Shown here piece by piece: positions 53,731 through 63,481 of a DNA stretch of 64,000 nt. The notes under the pieces were generated by a model. It saw only the letters and a list, made by a program, of their open reading frames with translations, was not told the DNA's origin and did no database searches. Made by a program: the position numbers and the translations under genes. The stretch's first letter is position 1, and every line of letters begins with the position of its first letter. This DNA is from an uncultured Planctomycetota bacterium (GTDB lineage Bacteria; Planctomycetota; Planctomycetia; Isosphaerales; Isosphaeraceae): NCBI GenBank assembly GCA_963737655.1, contig CAVTTN010000002.1, forward strand, positions 5,152,001-5,216,000, read 5' to 3'.

Positions 53731-55367
53731 TCACCCGCCCATCAAGCCCTTGAGCGAGTTGATCAGCCCCGAGGAGATGGGGTTGGAGGAGCCTCGGTTC
53801 TCGTACAGGTTGGAGACGAGGTCCATGCTGACGAACGCCAGGAGGATCATGAAGAGGGTGGCGACCCCGAGGAACCCGACCCAGAGGCCACCCCACTCGG
53901 GGTTGTCGGTCCGGGCCGAGAGCAGGGTGCCTCCGGCGGCGGTGCGGCCTCCGGCGGCCACGGCGGCGGCGGCCGGCGCGGCGGTCGCGGCGGCGGAGGT
54001 CCGGCTCGGGGAGGTCTCGTCCGATTCCACGTCGCCCCAGGCGCTGTCGGTCTCTCCCGAGACGCCTTCGCCGCCGAGGTCCGAGAAGCCGTCGTCCTCG
54101 TCCTCGTCCAGGCGGGCCGGGCCCATCGCCGTGGCGGCGTTCTCGTCCACCTCGTCCTCGTCGAGGGCGAAGACCTCCGAGCCCGACTCCCCTTCGTCCA
54201 GGTCGAAGTCGCTGGCCGCTTCGAGCTGGACGGTGCGGTCATCGCTGGAGCTGTCCAGGGCGTCGACCTCGAAGTCGGTGTCCTCGAAAATGTCCTTCTC
54301 GCCCTTCTTGATGGGCAAGGCGGTGGCCGAGGGGTCCAGGGCGCTGCCCTTGACCGGCAGGGCGGTCTCGGAGGAGGCGTCGGCCTTCTTGGCGGCGGCG
54401 GGCTTGGCCGCCGGCTTCTTGGTCGGGGCCGGCTCGTCCTCGTCCAGAGGGGCGAGCTCGATCGAATCGGCCGCGCCGAAGTCGAATCCGCCCACTCCGC
54501 TGAGGTTGATCCCCGAGTCGCTCGGCCGCCCCAGGTTGATCCCGGAGGTCGAGGGCTCGGCCCCGGTCACGTCGGAATCCGACGGGCCCGGGGCGACGGC
54601 GTGGCGTCGAACTCGTCGCTGGCGTCCAGCGCGGTCAATTCGAAGTCGCTGCCGGATTCGGGCTGGAGGGCGTCGATCACGCTGGAGGGCGTGAGCTCGA
54701 AATCGCTCTCGGAGCGGTCCTGGGCGGCCTCGACCTCGTCCGAGGAGCCGATCATCGGGCTCTTGCGGAGCGTGGTGGCGCCGGGGTCGGAGGCCGCCTC
54801 GACGTCCTCCTCGGACTGGATCTCGTCGTTGACCAGCGTGACGTCGGAGTCGCTGGGATAGCGCGTCCCGCCGGACATCGGCGACGAGGAGAGCCGGACG
54901 TCCGAATCGCTCGCGCCCTTGCCCGGCTGGTCCGGGACGAGCCTGACGTCGGAGTCGCTCGGCCTCTTGCCGGCCGGCGGCTTCATGCCGATGATCGTCG
55001 AGCTGGAGCTGGCGCCGGCCGGGGGCAGGCTCATGTCGTCCAGGAGGATGTCGTCGTCGGTCGAGCCGTGCGGTTCGCTCGCCCCCTTGGTGCCGCCCTC
55101 GGCCACGCCGAGCTGGAACTCGGAGAGCAACGCCTCCTCGCTGCCGGAGCCCGAGGGGATCTCCAGGTCGAGGTCCGAGAGCGAGAGGTCGGGGTCCGAG
55201 CCCATGCCCCGGCGGCGGGCGAGCTCGTCCACATCGGGCTTGCGGAACCGCCAGGAGCCGCCGTCGAGGAAGGCGCGGACTTCCCTCTGCTGGGCCTTGA
55301 GCTTGAGCTCCTCGGCGCTCATGCCGAGGACCCGAGCGGCCTCTTCGAGGGTGTAGAACTCAGCCAT
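53731..55367 (-). CDS. HTH_17 (excisionase-like) domain + acidic repeat linker + C-terminal TM; frameshift near 54590
   Basis: MAEFYTLEEAARVLG..RAFLDGGSWRFR. ORFs 54567-55367 and 53731-54570 share SDSDV-type motifs; TM WVGFLGVATLFMILLAFVSM. Confidence 0.82.
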
Positions 55368-55505
55368 GGGCGGGGACCTCCTCGGTCGAGATCGGCCCGG
55401 ATCGCGAGGGGTCCGGCCGTGGGGTGCGGAAGGGAGTGTGGGAGGGGGACCGCTCGTCCCGTCCCGAGATCCACCACCGAGCCGCCCCGGGCCGACCCCT
55501 CCGGC

Positions 55506-55881
55506 TCATTTGCCCGGACGGGAGGAGCCGACCATCGACTCGATCGAGGCGACGTCGGGCGGCTGGTTGTTGTACTCGGCGAGCTTCAGGTCCCAGCGAT
55601 ATTGACGGGCGGCTTCGAGCTTGACGGACCCCTTGGGGTTCTGGGGATCGACCCGGTAGACGGCCAGGGCCTGCGCCTTGGTGTCGATCACGTAGAGGAA
55701 CTGCCCCGAGCCATTGCCCGCGGCCGAGGTGAACGCGATCGTCCCGGACGCCTCTCCCGAGCCGGGCCCCTGCCAGGACCGACGGGGCCTGACGCGCGCC
55801 GACGGCCCACATCAGGGCCGCCCCCGCGATCAGTCCGACGACCGTTTGACGCCCGAGGCCCGTCCATCGTTCGCCCGCCAT
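55506..55881 (-). CDS. Hypothetical secreted protein; frameshift near 55773
   Basis: MAGERW..VVGLIAGAALMWAV..VLA / QGPGSGEASGTIAFTS..QFLYVIDTKAQALAVYRVD..LEAARQYRWDLKLAEYNN. Confidence 0.75.
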
Positions 55882-56195
55882 GTCGCATCCTCCCTGATTA
55901 TAAAGGGGGAATCTCCCGAGTCTCCAGGAGATTTCCGCCGAAGGCCGGCCGCACAACGCGGCCCGCCACCCGGACGGTCCACCGATCGTCTCCAGCTTAC
56001 CACACCGAATGCCGAAGAGGGCCGCCGCGATCCAGGCGAAAAGACGGGATGTCCGACGTGTCCTGCCCATCTTAATGCGCGGCCCGGATCGGGCAAGGGC
56101 AAAGCGAGACGTCGCGTGCAGGAAATGCACCGAGTGAGATGGAGGGCGTGTCCAACCCAACCCGCCAACCCGGCTCGCCCGGCATCTTCGAGGGT

Positions 56196-56516
56196 TCAGG
56201 GCATCGGCGAGCCCACGGCCCTTTCGATCTTGTCAAGCCGCTCGACGACCTTCGAGGTGGCCTCCTCCATCGCCTCGACCCGTAGGCTCAGGGCCGACGC
56301 ATGCCAGGATAACCAGAGGGCGCTGCCCACGAGCGTCACCAGGACCGCCGCCGAGAACGCCCCGAGCCGGCGGAGGAACCCCAGTTGGGTCTCGATCCGG
56401 GCCCGAAATCCCGCGAAATCCTCCCGAAACGCCGCGAACTCCGCGCGAGACGCGGCCAGGTCGCGGCCCAGTTCCTTGAAATCGGTGGAGAGGCTCTCGG
56501 TCGTCGGTCCGGGCAT
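56196..56516 (-). CDS. Small coiled-coil/TM hypothetical protein
   Basis: Heptads (EFAAFREDFAGFR), one TM helix, second coiled coil. Confidence 0.65.
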   Translation of the reverse strand: MPGPTTESLSTDFKELGRDLAASRAEFAAFREDFAGFRARIETQLGFLRRLGAFSAAVLVTLVGSALWLSWHASALSLRVEAMEEATSKVVERLDKIERAVGSPMP

Positions 56517-56772
56517 GGCGGGAGTCGTCTGATGCGGTTCGAGGTGTCCTTCCGTTATCTTCTCCATCGAACAGAGACGGGATCAAGGGGTTCGATCGTC
56601 GTCCCTCCGCCATCCCCCGACAAAATGTTTGATTTTGCTTGAAGACCCCGGCCGACCTCGGTTATGGTGACTCTGGATGAACGCCGGATGAAGTTCCCGA
56701 ATCGTGCACGCTCGCCTCGCCCTCCCGCCTTCTCGCCCGCCATTCGGTTCCGTTTTGACTGAGGAGATGCCC

Positions 56773-59250
56773 ATGCCCGCACTCGCGATCCGCCGGCGAG
56801 TCGCCCGGCTGGCCTGGCTGGCCTTGATGGTCGTCCCGGTCGCGCCGGCCCTGGCGGCCCCGCCCGACGACCCGGCGGCCCTCCTCGGCTCGCCCGTTTC
56901 CGTCGTCGTCGAGCCCGGCGATTCCTCGCTGGTCGGACCCCGGGCGACCCGCCAACTGATCGTCACCGGCAAATACGCCGATGGCTCGGTCCGCGACCTG
57001 ACCCGCGCCCTCCGCTGGACCAGCCTCAACCCCGAGATCGCCGCGGTCTCGCCGACCGGCCAGGTCACGCCGAAGGCCGACGGCCCCGCCACGATCGTCG
57101 CCAGCGGAGGGAGCGTCGAAGGCCGCGCGATCGTGACGGTCCGCGACTCCGGCAAGGTCGTCCCGGTGAGCTTCCGCCGCGACGTGATCCCCGCCTTCAG
57201 CCAGGCCGGCTGCAACATGGGCGCCTGCCACGGCACGCCCACCGGCAAGGGCGGCTTCCGCCTGAGCCTCCGCGGCTACCTGCCCGACCAGGACTTCGTC
57301 ACCCTCACCCGGGACGCCGCCGGCCGCCGGATCGACCCGATCAACCCGCCCGACAGCATGGTCTTGCGAAAACCCCTGGGCGAGCTCCCCCACGAAGGCG
57401 GCCTGAAGCTCGACCGCACGACGAAGACCTATCAATATCTCCACGACTGGATCGCCGAGGGCGGCAAGGACGACCCCGCCGCCCCCGTCGCCGTGAAGCT
57501 GGAGATGCTCCCCGGCTCCCGCGTCCTGAACGCCCCGGCGAAGACCCAGCAGGTCGCCGCCATCGTCCACTACGCCGACGGCACCTCGCGCGACGTCACC
57601 CCGATCTGCTACTACAACTCGTCCAGCCCCGAGATCGGCGACGTGGACCCGACCGGCCTCGTCACCTTCAAGAACAAGGGCGAGGTCGCCATCATCGCCC
57701 ACTATCTCGACCTCGTCGCCAACGTCCGGTTGACCCATCTCGTCGAGGTCCCCGGGTTCGCGGCCGTCGAGGTCCCGGGCGATAACCCCGTCGATCGGGC
57801 CGTCTTCGCCAAGCTGAACCGGATGCGGATCAAGCCGTCCGAGCCCTGCTCCGACTCCGAGTTCATCCGCCGCGCCTACCTCGACGCCATCGGCGTCCTG
57901 CCGAAGCCCGAGGAGGTCCGCCAGTTCCTCGCCGACCCGTCGCCCGACCGCCGCGCGAAGCTCGTCGATGGACTGCTGGAGAGGCCGGAATATCTCGATT
58001 TCTGGACGTTGAAGCTCGCCGACGTCCTCCGCTCGAACGGCCGGTTGATCCAGAGCAAGGGGACCCACGTCTTCAACCGCTGGATCAAGGCGAACCTCGC
58101 CCGGAACACGCCGATGGACCGGTTCGTCCGCGACCTGCTCACGGCCGACGGCTCCACGTTCCGCAACCCGGCCGCGAATTACTACCGGATCAGCCGCGAC
58201 CCGGAGAACGCCGTCGAGACCACCGCTCAGCTCTTCCTGGGCGTGCGAATCCAGTGCGCCAAGTGCCACAACCACCCGTTCGAGCGCTGGACCCAGGACG
58301 ACTATTACGGCTTCGCGGCGTTCTTCTCCCGGGTCAAGCACAAGGACGGCGACCTGCCCGACGAGGAGGTCGTTTTTTCCAGCACCGGCGGGGACGTCCG
58401 CCAGCCCCGGACCGGCCAGGTGATGAAGCCCAAGGCCCTGGGCGGCCCGGTCTTCGACCCGCAATCCTCCCCGGGCGACCGCCGGGCGCAATTGGCCTCG
58501 TGGCTCACGGGGCCGGACAACCCGTTTTTTGCCAAGAGCCTGGTCAATCGCGTGTGGTTCCACCTGATGGGCCGGGGGATCGTCGAGCCGGTGGACGACT
58601 TCCGCGACTCCAACCCCGCCTGCAATGACGAGCTGCTCGACGGCCTCGCCGCCAGCTTCGTCAAGAGCGGCTACGACCTCAAGGCGCTGATCCGGACCGT
58701 CCTGACCAGCCGGACGTATGGCCTGAGCGCCCGGACCAACGACCTGAATACCGACGATTCGCTCTACTTCAGCCACGCCCAGACCAAGCTCCTGCCGGCC
58801 GAGGTGCTCCTGGACGCGATCTCCTCGCTGACCGGCACCAGCACGCCGTTCGACGGCCTGCCCAGCGGCACGAGGGCGACGCAGATCCCCGACGGCAAGA
58901 TGGAGAACCCGTTCCTCAAGACCTTCGGCCGCCCGGCCCGCGAGCTCGCCTGCGAATGCGAGCGGGAGAGCGACGCGAACCTCTCGCAGGCCCTCCAGTT
59001 GATCGGCGGGGCGACGGTCAACGGCAAGCTCCACGACGACACCGGCCGGATCGCCCGGATGGCCAAGGACAACACGCCTCCGCAAGAGGTCGTCCGCGAG
59101 CTCTACCTGACCGCCGTGGCCAGGGAACCCAGCTCGACCGAGATGGAGGTGGCCGTCGGCCACATCACCGCCAACGCCGACCGCCGCCAGGCGATCGAGG
59201 ACGTGGCCTGGGCCCTGATCAACTCCAAGGAATTCCTCTTCCGGCATTGA
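56773..59250 (+). CDS. DUF1549/DUF1553 (PSD1) + Ig-like (Big_2) planctomycete cytochrome-like protein
   Basis: SFRRDVIP, CNMGACHG, FIRRAYLD, QCAKCHNHPFERWTQDDYY, NPFFAKSLVNRVW, CECER, WALINSKEFLFRH; GAGGAG RBS. Confidence 0.93.
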   Translation: MPALAIRRRVARLAWLALMVVPVAPALAAPPDDPAALLGSPVSVVVEPGDSSLVGPRATRQLIVTGKYADGSVRDLTRALRWTSLNPEIAAVSPTGQVTPKADGPATIVASGGSVEGRAIVTVRDSGKVVPVSFRRDVIPAFSQAGCNMGACHGTPTGKGGFRLSLRGYLPDQDFVTLTRDAAGRRIDPINPPDSMVLRKPLGELPHEGGLKLDRTTKTYQYLHDWIAEGGKDDPAAPVAVKLEMLPGSRVLNAPAKTQQVAAIVHYADGTSRDVTPICYYNSSSPEIGDVDPTGLVTFKNKGEVAIIAHYLDLVANVRLTHLVEVPGFAAVEVPGDNPVDRAVFAKLNRMRIKPSEPCSDSEFIRRAYLDAIGVLPKPEEVRQFLADPSPDRRAKLVDGLLERPEYLDFWTLKLADVLRSNGRLIQSKGTHVFNRWIKANLARNTPMDRFVRDLLTADGSTFRNPAANYYRISRDPENAVETTAQLFLGVRIQCAKCHNHPFERWTQDDYYGFAAFFSRVKHKDGDLPDEEVVFSSTGGDVRQPRTGQVMKPKALGGPVFDPQSSPGDRRAQLASWLTGPDNPFFAKSLVNRVWFHLMGRGIVEPVDDFRDSNPACNDELLDGLAASFVKSGYDLKALIRTVLTSRTYGLSARTNDLNTDDSLYFSHAQTKLLPAEVLLDAISSLTGTSTPFDGLPSGTRATQIPDGKMENPFLKTFGRPARELACECERESDANLSQALQLIGGATVNGKLHDDTGRIARMAKDNTPPQEVVRELYLTAVAREPSSTEMEVAVGHITANADRRQAIEDVAWALINSKEFLFRH

Positions 59251-59253
59251 AAA

Positions 59254-59402
59254 CGGGGATTGAACCGCCAAGCCGCCAAGAGCGCCAAGGACAGAGAAGA
59301 GGAGAGGAGATGAGAATAGAAGAGTTTCAAACTCTCTTCTTTCCTCCTCCTCTCCTCTTCTCTGTCCTTGGCGCTCTTGGCAGCTTGGCGGTTCAATCCC
59401 CG
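59254..59402. repeat. ~145-bp hairpin element (AACCGCCAAG type), copy 2
   Basis: CGGGGATTGAACCGCCAAGCCGCCAAGAGCGCCAAGGACAGAGAAG...CTTCTCTGTCCTTGGCGCTCTTGGCAGCTTGGCGGTTCAATCCCCG. Confidence 0.92.
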
Positions 59403-59548
59403 AGCAAATCGATCATGATCGGCAAACGGCCCCGTCTGGCATTGCCTTTTTTCCAACCCGGGCCGAAAATGCCGAGGCCCGGAGACACCCCGCATGAGGC
59501 GGGGCCGATCCCGGGGCGATGACAGGCCGGCAAGGAGGCTCGGAGCCG

Positions 59549-60988
59549 ATGGCACGATGGTTCTTGGATCGATCCGCGACGAGGGGCATCCCGTCCGTCG
59601 CCCTCCGCCGCCTCCTGCCCGAGGCCGACTTCCTCGGCTGCCGCGACCTGGAGGTCTCGGGCCTCTCGGCCGATAGCCGCAAGATCGAGCCCGGCCAGGT
59701 CTTCGTCGCCGTCCGCGGCGATCGGTTCGACGGCCACGATTACGTGCGGCTCGCCGTCGAGCGAGGCGCCGTGGCGGTGATCGTCGAACGCGAATGCCCC
59801 GAGGCCGGCACCCCTCAGGTCGTCGTCGGCGACGCCCGGGCTGCGCGAGCGAAGATCGCCCACGCCCTGGCCGGCTCGCCCTCGGAGTCGATGGCCGTCT
59901 TCGGAATCGTCGGCACGAAGGGGAAGACGGCCACGGCCGCGTTCCTCCGCGCGATCCTCGAACGCGCCGGCCTCCGCGTCGGGGCGATCGACTCGCTCGG
60001 CTGGTCCGACGGCGTGAACGGCTACCCCCCGCGTCCGAGTGCCCCCGACGCCCCCTCGCTCGCGCTGATGCTCGGCGCGATGGCCGATCGCGGCTGCGGC
60101 GCCGCCGTCGTCTCGCTGCCGGCCGAGACCCTGCGCGACCGCTCGGCCTCCGGGATCGCCTTCGCCTCGGTGATCGTGACCGGGGCCGACGACGCGACCC
60201 GCCCGGACCTCGCGAGGATCGTCCGCCAGGTCGTCCCCGGAGGCTCGGTGATCGTCCCCGAGGACGACGCGACGGCCGAGCTCCTCGGCGCCTCGAACCT
60301 CGTCGCCAGTCGGGTCGGCTTCGCCCTCGGGTCCCCCGCCGACGTCTCCGGCTCGGCCTCGTATCGAGGGCTCGACGGCTCGCGAATCCGCCTGAGCGGC
60401 CTGGACGACGCCGACCGCTTCGCCGACCTCCGCCCGATCGGCGACGACGCGGCCCGAGCGGCCGTCGCGGCCTCGGCGGCGGCGAAGTCGCGAGGGATCT
60501 CGGCCGAAACGATCGTCGCGGGCCTGGAATCGGTCGTCCGCCTGGCCGGGAGGCTGGAGCCGATCGTCGAAGGCTCGGAAATCCCGGCCTTCACCGACCG
60601 CTCGCCCGACGGATTTCGGCTCGCCGAAGCCCTCGAAACGCTCCGATCGCTCGGGACCGCCGAAGGCCGAATCCACTGCATCCTCGCCGCCGACCCGGGC
60701 CTCGACCCGAAGACGATCGCCGGCCTCGTCCGCTCGGCCGAAACCCTCGCCGATCGCCTGGTGCTAACCCTCAGCCTCGCCGCGACGGACGCCCACGCCC
60801 TCGACGCCTACCAGAACCTCATGAAGCGTCCCGGACGGGTCCGGGTCATCCCCGATCGGTCCGAAGCGATCGAGGCCGCGATCGCGCTCGCCCGCCCCGG
60901 AGACGCCCTCCTGATCGCCGGAGACGCGCCCCGCCCCTGGCCGATCTCGCGGGTCCGCACGCCGACCTCCAGGCGGCTCTCGGCCTGA
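59549..60988 (+). CDS. Mur ligase family protein (MurE-like, degenerate motifs)
   Basis: DSRKIEPGQVFVAVRG..DGHDY, GIVGTKGKTATA, GRLE, DRSEAIEAAI..ARPGDALLIAG. Confidence 0.85.
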   Translation: MARWFLDRSATRGIPSVALRRLLPEADFLGCRDLEVSGLSADSRKIEPGQVFVAVRGDRFDGHDYVRLAVERGAVAVIVERECPEAGTPQVVVGDARAARAKIAHALAGSPSESMAVFGIVGTKGKTATAAFLRAILERAGLRVGAIDSLGWSDGVNGYPPRPSAPDAPSLALMLGAMADRGCGAAVVSLPAETLRDRSASGIAFASVIVTGADDATRPDLARIVRQVVPGGSVIVPEDDATAELLGASNLVASRVGFALGSPADVSGSASYRGLDGSRIRLSGLDDADRFADLRPIGDDAARAAVAASAAAKSRGISAETIVAGLESVVRLAGRLEPIVEGSEIPAFTDRSPDGFRLAEALETLRSLGTAEGRIHCILAADPGLDPKTIAGLVRSAETLADRLVLTLSLAATDAHALDAYQNLMKRPGRVRVIPDRSEAIEAAIALARPGDALLIAGDAPRPWPISRVRTPTSRRLSA

Positions 60989-61061
60989 GGCCGTGGGCCG
61001 CCGATCCCGATCATGACGGGATGAGCGGTTCGTGGCGATCGCGCGGACCGATCCCGAACCG

Positions 61062-61240
61062 ATCGGGTGGGAGGGGGCCTCGCGGCCCCCGTCTTCCCAC
61101 ACCAGCGGAAGGACGGACGATGTGACGGTTCCTTCCCGCCGGTCAACGTCGGGGCGAGGCGAGCCATCCCGAGCGACTCGAATCCGCGTTGCCCCATCGA
61201 CAGAGATCGGCGGACCCGCACCGCCCGAGCAAGGTCCGTG
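61062..61240 (-). mobile_element. Degraded 3' fragment of a group IIC intron (end of the RT ORF, DV, DVI)
   Basis: Minus strand ends GAACCGTCACATCGTCCGTCCTTCCGCTGGTGTGGGAAGACGGGGGCCGCGAGGCCCCCTCCCACCCGAT. Upstream relic coding HGP...NA(D)FESLGMARLAP. Confidence 0.72.
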
Positions 61241-61241
61241 A

Positions 61242-61760
61242 TTAGCGTGGTCCGGTAGGATCCTCCCCCAGCGACGCGAATTCGGGGGCGTACCTCACGA
61301 GTCCGGCCCCGAGGGGAACCGCTCCGGGCCGCAACTCGACAACCTGAAACGCCGCACCACCGCCGTACTCGTCGGACAGCCCCCAGCCGGAGGCCGGCCC
61401 GAAGCCGAACCGAGCATAGAAGGCGGGATCGCCGAGCACCACCACGAATCCGACTCCGGCCCTCTCGCAAGCCGCCAGCCCCTCTCGGATCAGACGAGCG
61501 CCGACCCCGTGCCGGCGCCGGCTCGGCAGCACCGCGACCGGCGCCAGCCCCGAGCCGATGGCGGAGCCGGCGGACACCGGGCTGAAGGCGACGTGCCCGA
61601 CCACCTGCTCAGCCACCTCCGCGACCAGGGAGACGGTCAAACGGCCGGAGCCGCGGAGAGCGTCCACCAAGCGAGCCTCCGCCCGCGTCGGAAAGGCTCC
61701 TTCGTGGACGGCGCGGATGGCCTGAGTGTCCGCCGGCCGTTCCGGACGCACGTCTGTCAT
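61242..61760 (-). CDS. GNAT N-acetyltransferase (YhbS-like)
   Basis: VRPERPAD, EARLVDALR, VVGHVAFSPV, LAPVAVLP..RRHGVG, VVLGDPAFYARFGF, YAPEF. Confidence 0.92.
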   Translation of the reverse strand: MTDVRPERPADTQAIRAVHEGAFPTRAEARLVDALRGSGRLTVSLVAEVAEQVVGHVAFSPVSAGSAIGSGLAPVAVLPSRRRHGVGARLIREGLAACERAGVGFVVVLGDPAFYARFGFGPASGWGLSDEYGGGAAFQVVELRPGAVPLGAGLVRYAPEFASLGEDPTGPR

Positions 61761-61790
61761 CCCGGTGCCCCCCCGCCTGACGCCTGAGAC

Positions 61791-61904
61791 AAGGGACATC
61801 ACCAGATATTGCCGCAATTCGGGGGATCTGGCTAGATCGGTCGTTGGCCCTCTGTTTATCCCAGATCCCCCGATAGCGGCAATCAATATCTCGTGATGTT
61901 CCTT
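61791..61904. repeat. ~40-bp-stem imperfect hairpin
   Basis: AAGGGACATCACCAGATATTGCCGCAATTCGGGGGATCTGG..CCAGATCCCCCGATAGCGGCAATCAATATCTCGTGATGTTCCTT, running into a T tract on the + strand. Confidence 0.8.
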
Positions 61905-62035
61905 TTTTGTTGACTTCCCCACTTTTCGGTCGTTTCCCCTCGATCCCTCCGGTGCTTCCAGGGTCCGCTCTCGCGGACCCTGCAAGAACTTAAGAATGTC
62001 CCGAGGGGTGGGCCGACGGCCCCCCGGCCGCTTCC

Positions 62036-62617
62036 CTAGCCCCCGGGGAACGCCTCGTAGTTGAGGATCTGGGGTGGACCGTAGCGCCCCTTCATGAATG
62101 CGACGAGGAAGCGCGTCCCCCTCTTCTGGAATTCGGCCACCGACCCGATCCGGTATCCGAAGAGGGGGTCCATCATGCGGAGGTCCCACCCGTCCTGCTG
62201 GTCCGGGCGGATGCCGTAGACGCAGACGGCGTGCATCATCGTGTCGCTCGAATTGAACAGGACATAGAGAGGACTCCAGGTCAACGCATCCCAGAAATAA
62301 TCCTTCGTCATGGCCGAGGAATTCTGCCAGTCGTCGTAGTCCATCCGCACGTCGGGGTGCTCGGTGACGTCGTCGAGCCGGCCGAGGTCGAGGCTGCCGG
62401 CCTTGGCGTCGTCGGACGACGATACCTTGGTGAGGGAGGCGCGGAACGTGCCCAGGACCCACTTGATGTCGACGTTTCGTACCCTCGCCGCGCTGATCCA
62501 ACTCGCCAGGGACGCCGCCCAGCAGACGCTCCGGATGTTGCCCGCCTCATCGCTCTGGGTCACGAGCTTGGGCGTGGGGACCCATTCCAGGCCGCCATTC
62601 TGGCGATTCAGTGGCAT
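62036..62617 (-). CDS. Stand-alone papain-like cysteine protease (C39/C70-like)
   Basis: Q21..CWAAS (Cys32), HAVCVYG (His129), MMDP (Asp150); GGAGG RBS before ATG 62617. Confidence 0.75.
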   Translation of the reverse strand: MPLNRQNGGLEWVPTPKLVTQSDEAGNIRSVCWAASLASWISAARVRNVDIKWVLGTFRASLTKVSSSDDAKAGSLDLGRLDDVTEHPDVRMDYDDWQNSSAMTKDYFWDALTWSPLYVLFNSSDTMMHAVCVYGIRPDQQDGWDLRMMDPLFGYRIGSVAEFQKRGTRFLVAFMKGRYGPPQILNYEAFPGG

Positions 62618-62874
62618 GATGCCCGCCTCCACCGGACCATCGGGACGGCCCGGCCGTCTCGCCGGTGGCGGAGGGGGGCCGACCGGGTCATCCGAGGGCG
62701 GTTCCACCTCCTCTTACGAAAGAGCCGACCAGTCTTCCGCGCCAAAGGCCGCCATGCCCTTAATTCTTGCAGGCCGGACGGAAGAAATGGGAAGAAGAGG
62801 GGACATCATGGAATGGCGGGAATTTGAGCCGCAAGTCGTTTCTTTCGTTGAACTCGCGCCTTGCATCGGAGCAC

Positions 62875-63110
62875 GTCGGCGATCGAGCGGGCCGGGCGAG
62901 CGTGTTGCCGCTAGCGCCGGACAGCCCGGACTTCGACCCGATCCAGGAGATGTTCTCGAAGTTCAAGGAATTCCTGCCACGGGTCGGTGCGAGGGCCGAA
63001 GAGCACCTCTACGATGCCATCGGAGACGGGCTACGAGAGGTCACGCCCCGGGATATCCTCGGTCGGTTTCGGCACGCCGGACAGTGAGTCATGCGAGCGT
63101 GAACCGCTGT
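62875..63110 (+). mobile_element. IS630-family transposase C-terminal remnant
   Basis: [58 protein letters not shown], an eroded LPPYSPDFNPIE motif. Confidence 0.82.
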
Positions 63111-63481
63111 CGGGGAGTGGCCTGATTCCCTGTTCCATCCCCTTTCCGTCCTCCTTTCTTCCGTCCTTCCGCCGCCTTTTCCCCGAGCCTTCCCGCCCCC
63201 TTTTCTCCCCCTCGGTCGCCGCCCTCCGTCCCTCGCGCCCGAGCCGGATGGCGGAAAAATCGCAGGCGATGGCGATTTCCTGTCCACATCGAGCCCCCGG
63301 CCGAAGGTCGATCCTCGTCCCGATATCCAATCTGGGCAAGGACTTCGGAAAATCCGACGTCCGGGGCATGGTTCGTGCGAACGGTGGGGCTCGCCGGTCC
63401 GGCGACGACCTCGGGACCGAGGCCGGCGGTCCCGAAGCCGATCATCCCAGGGACGTTTCACCTCAGGAGAGTTCCGTCATC

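Noticed and set aside
61000..63110. Integron cassette array
   Set aside because: No integrase and no convincing attC core sites.
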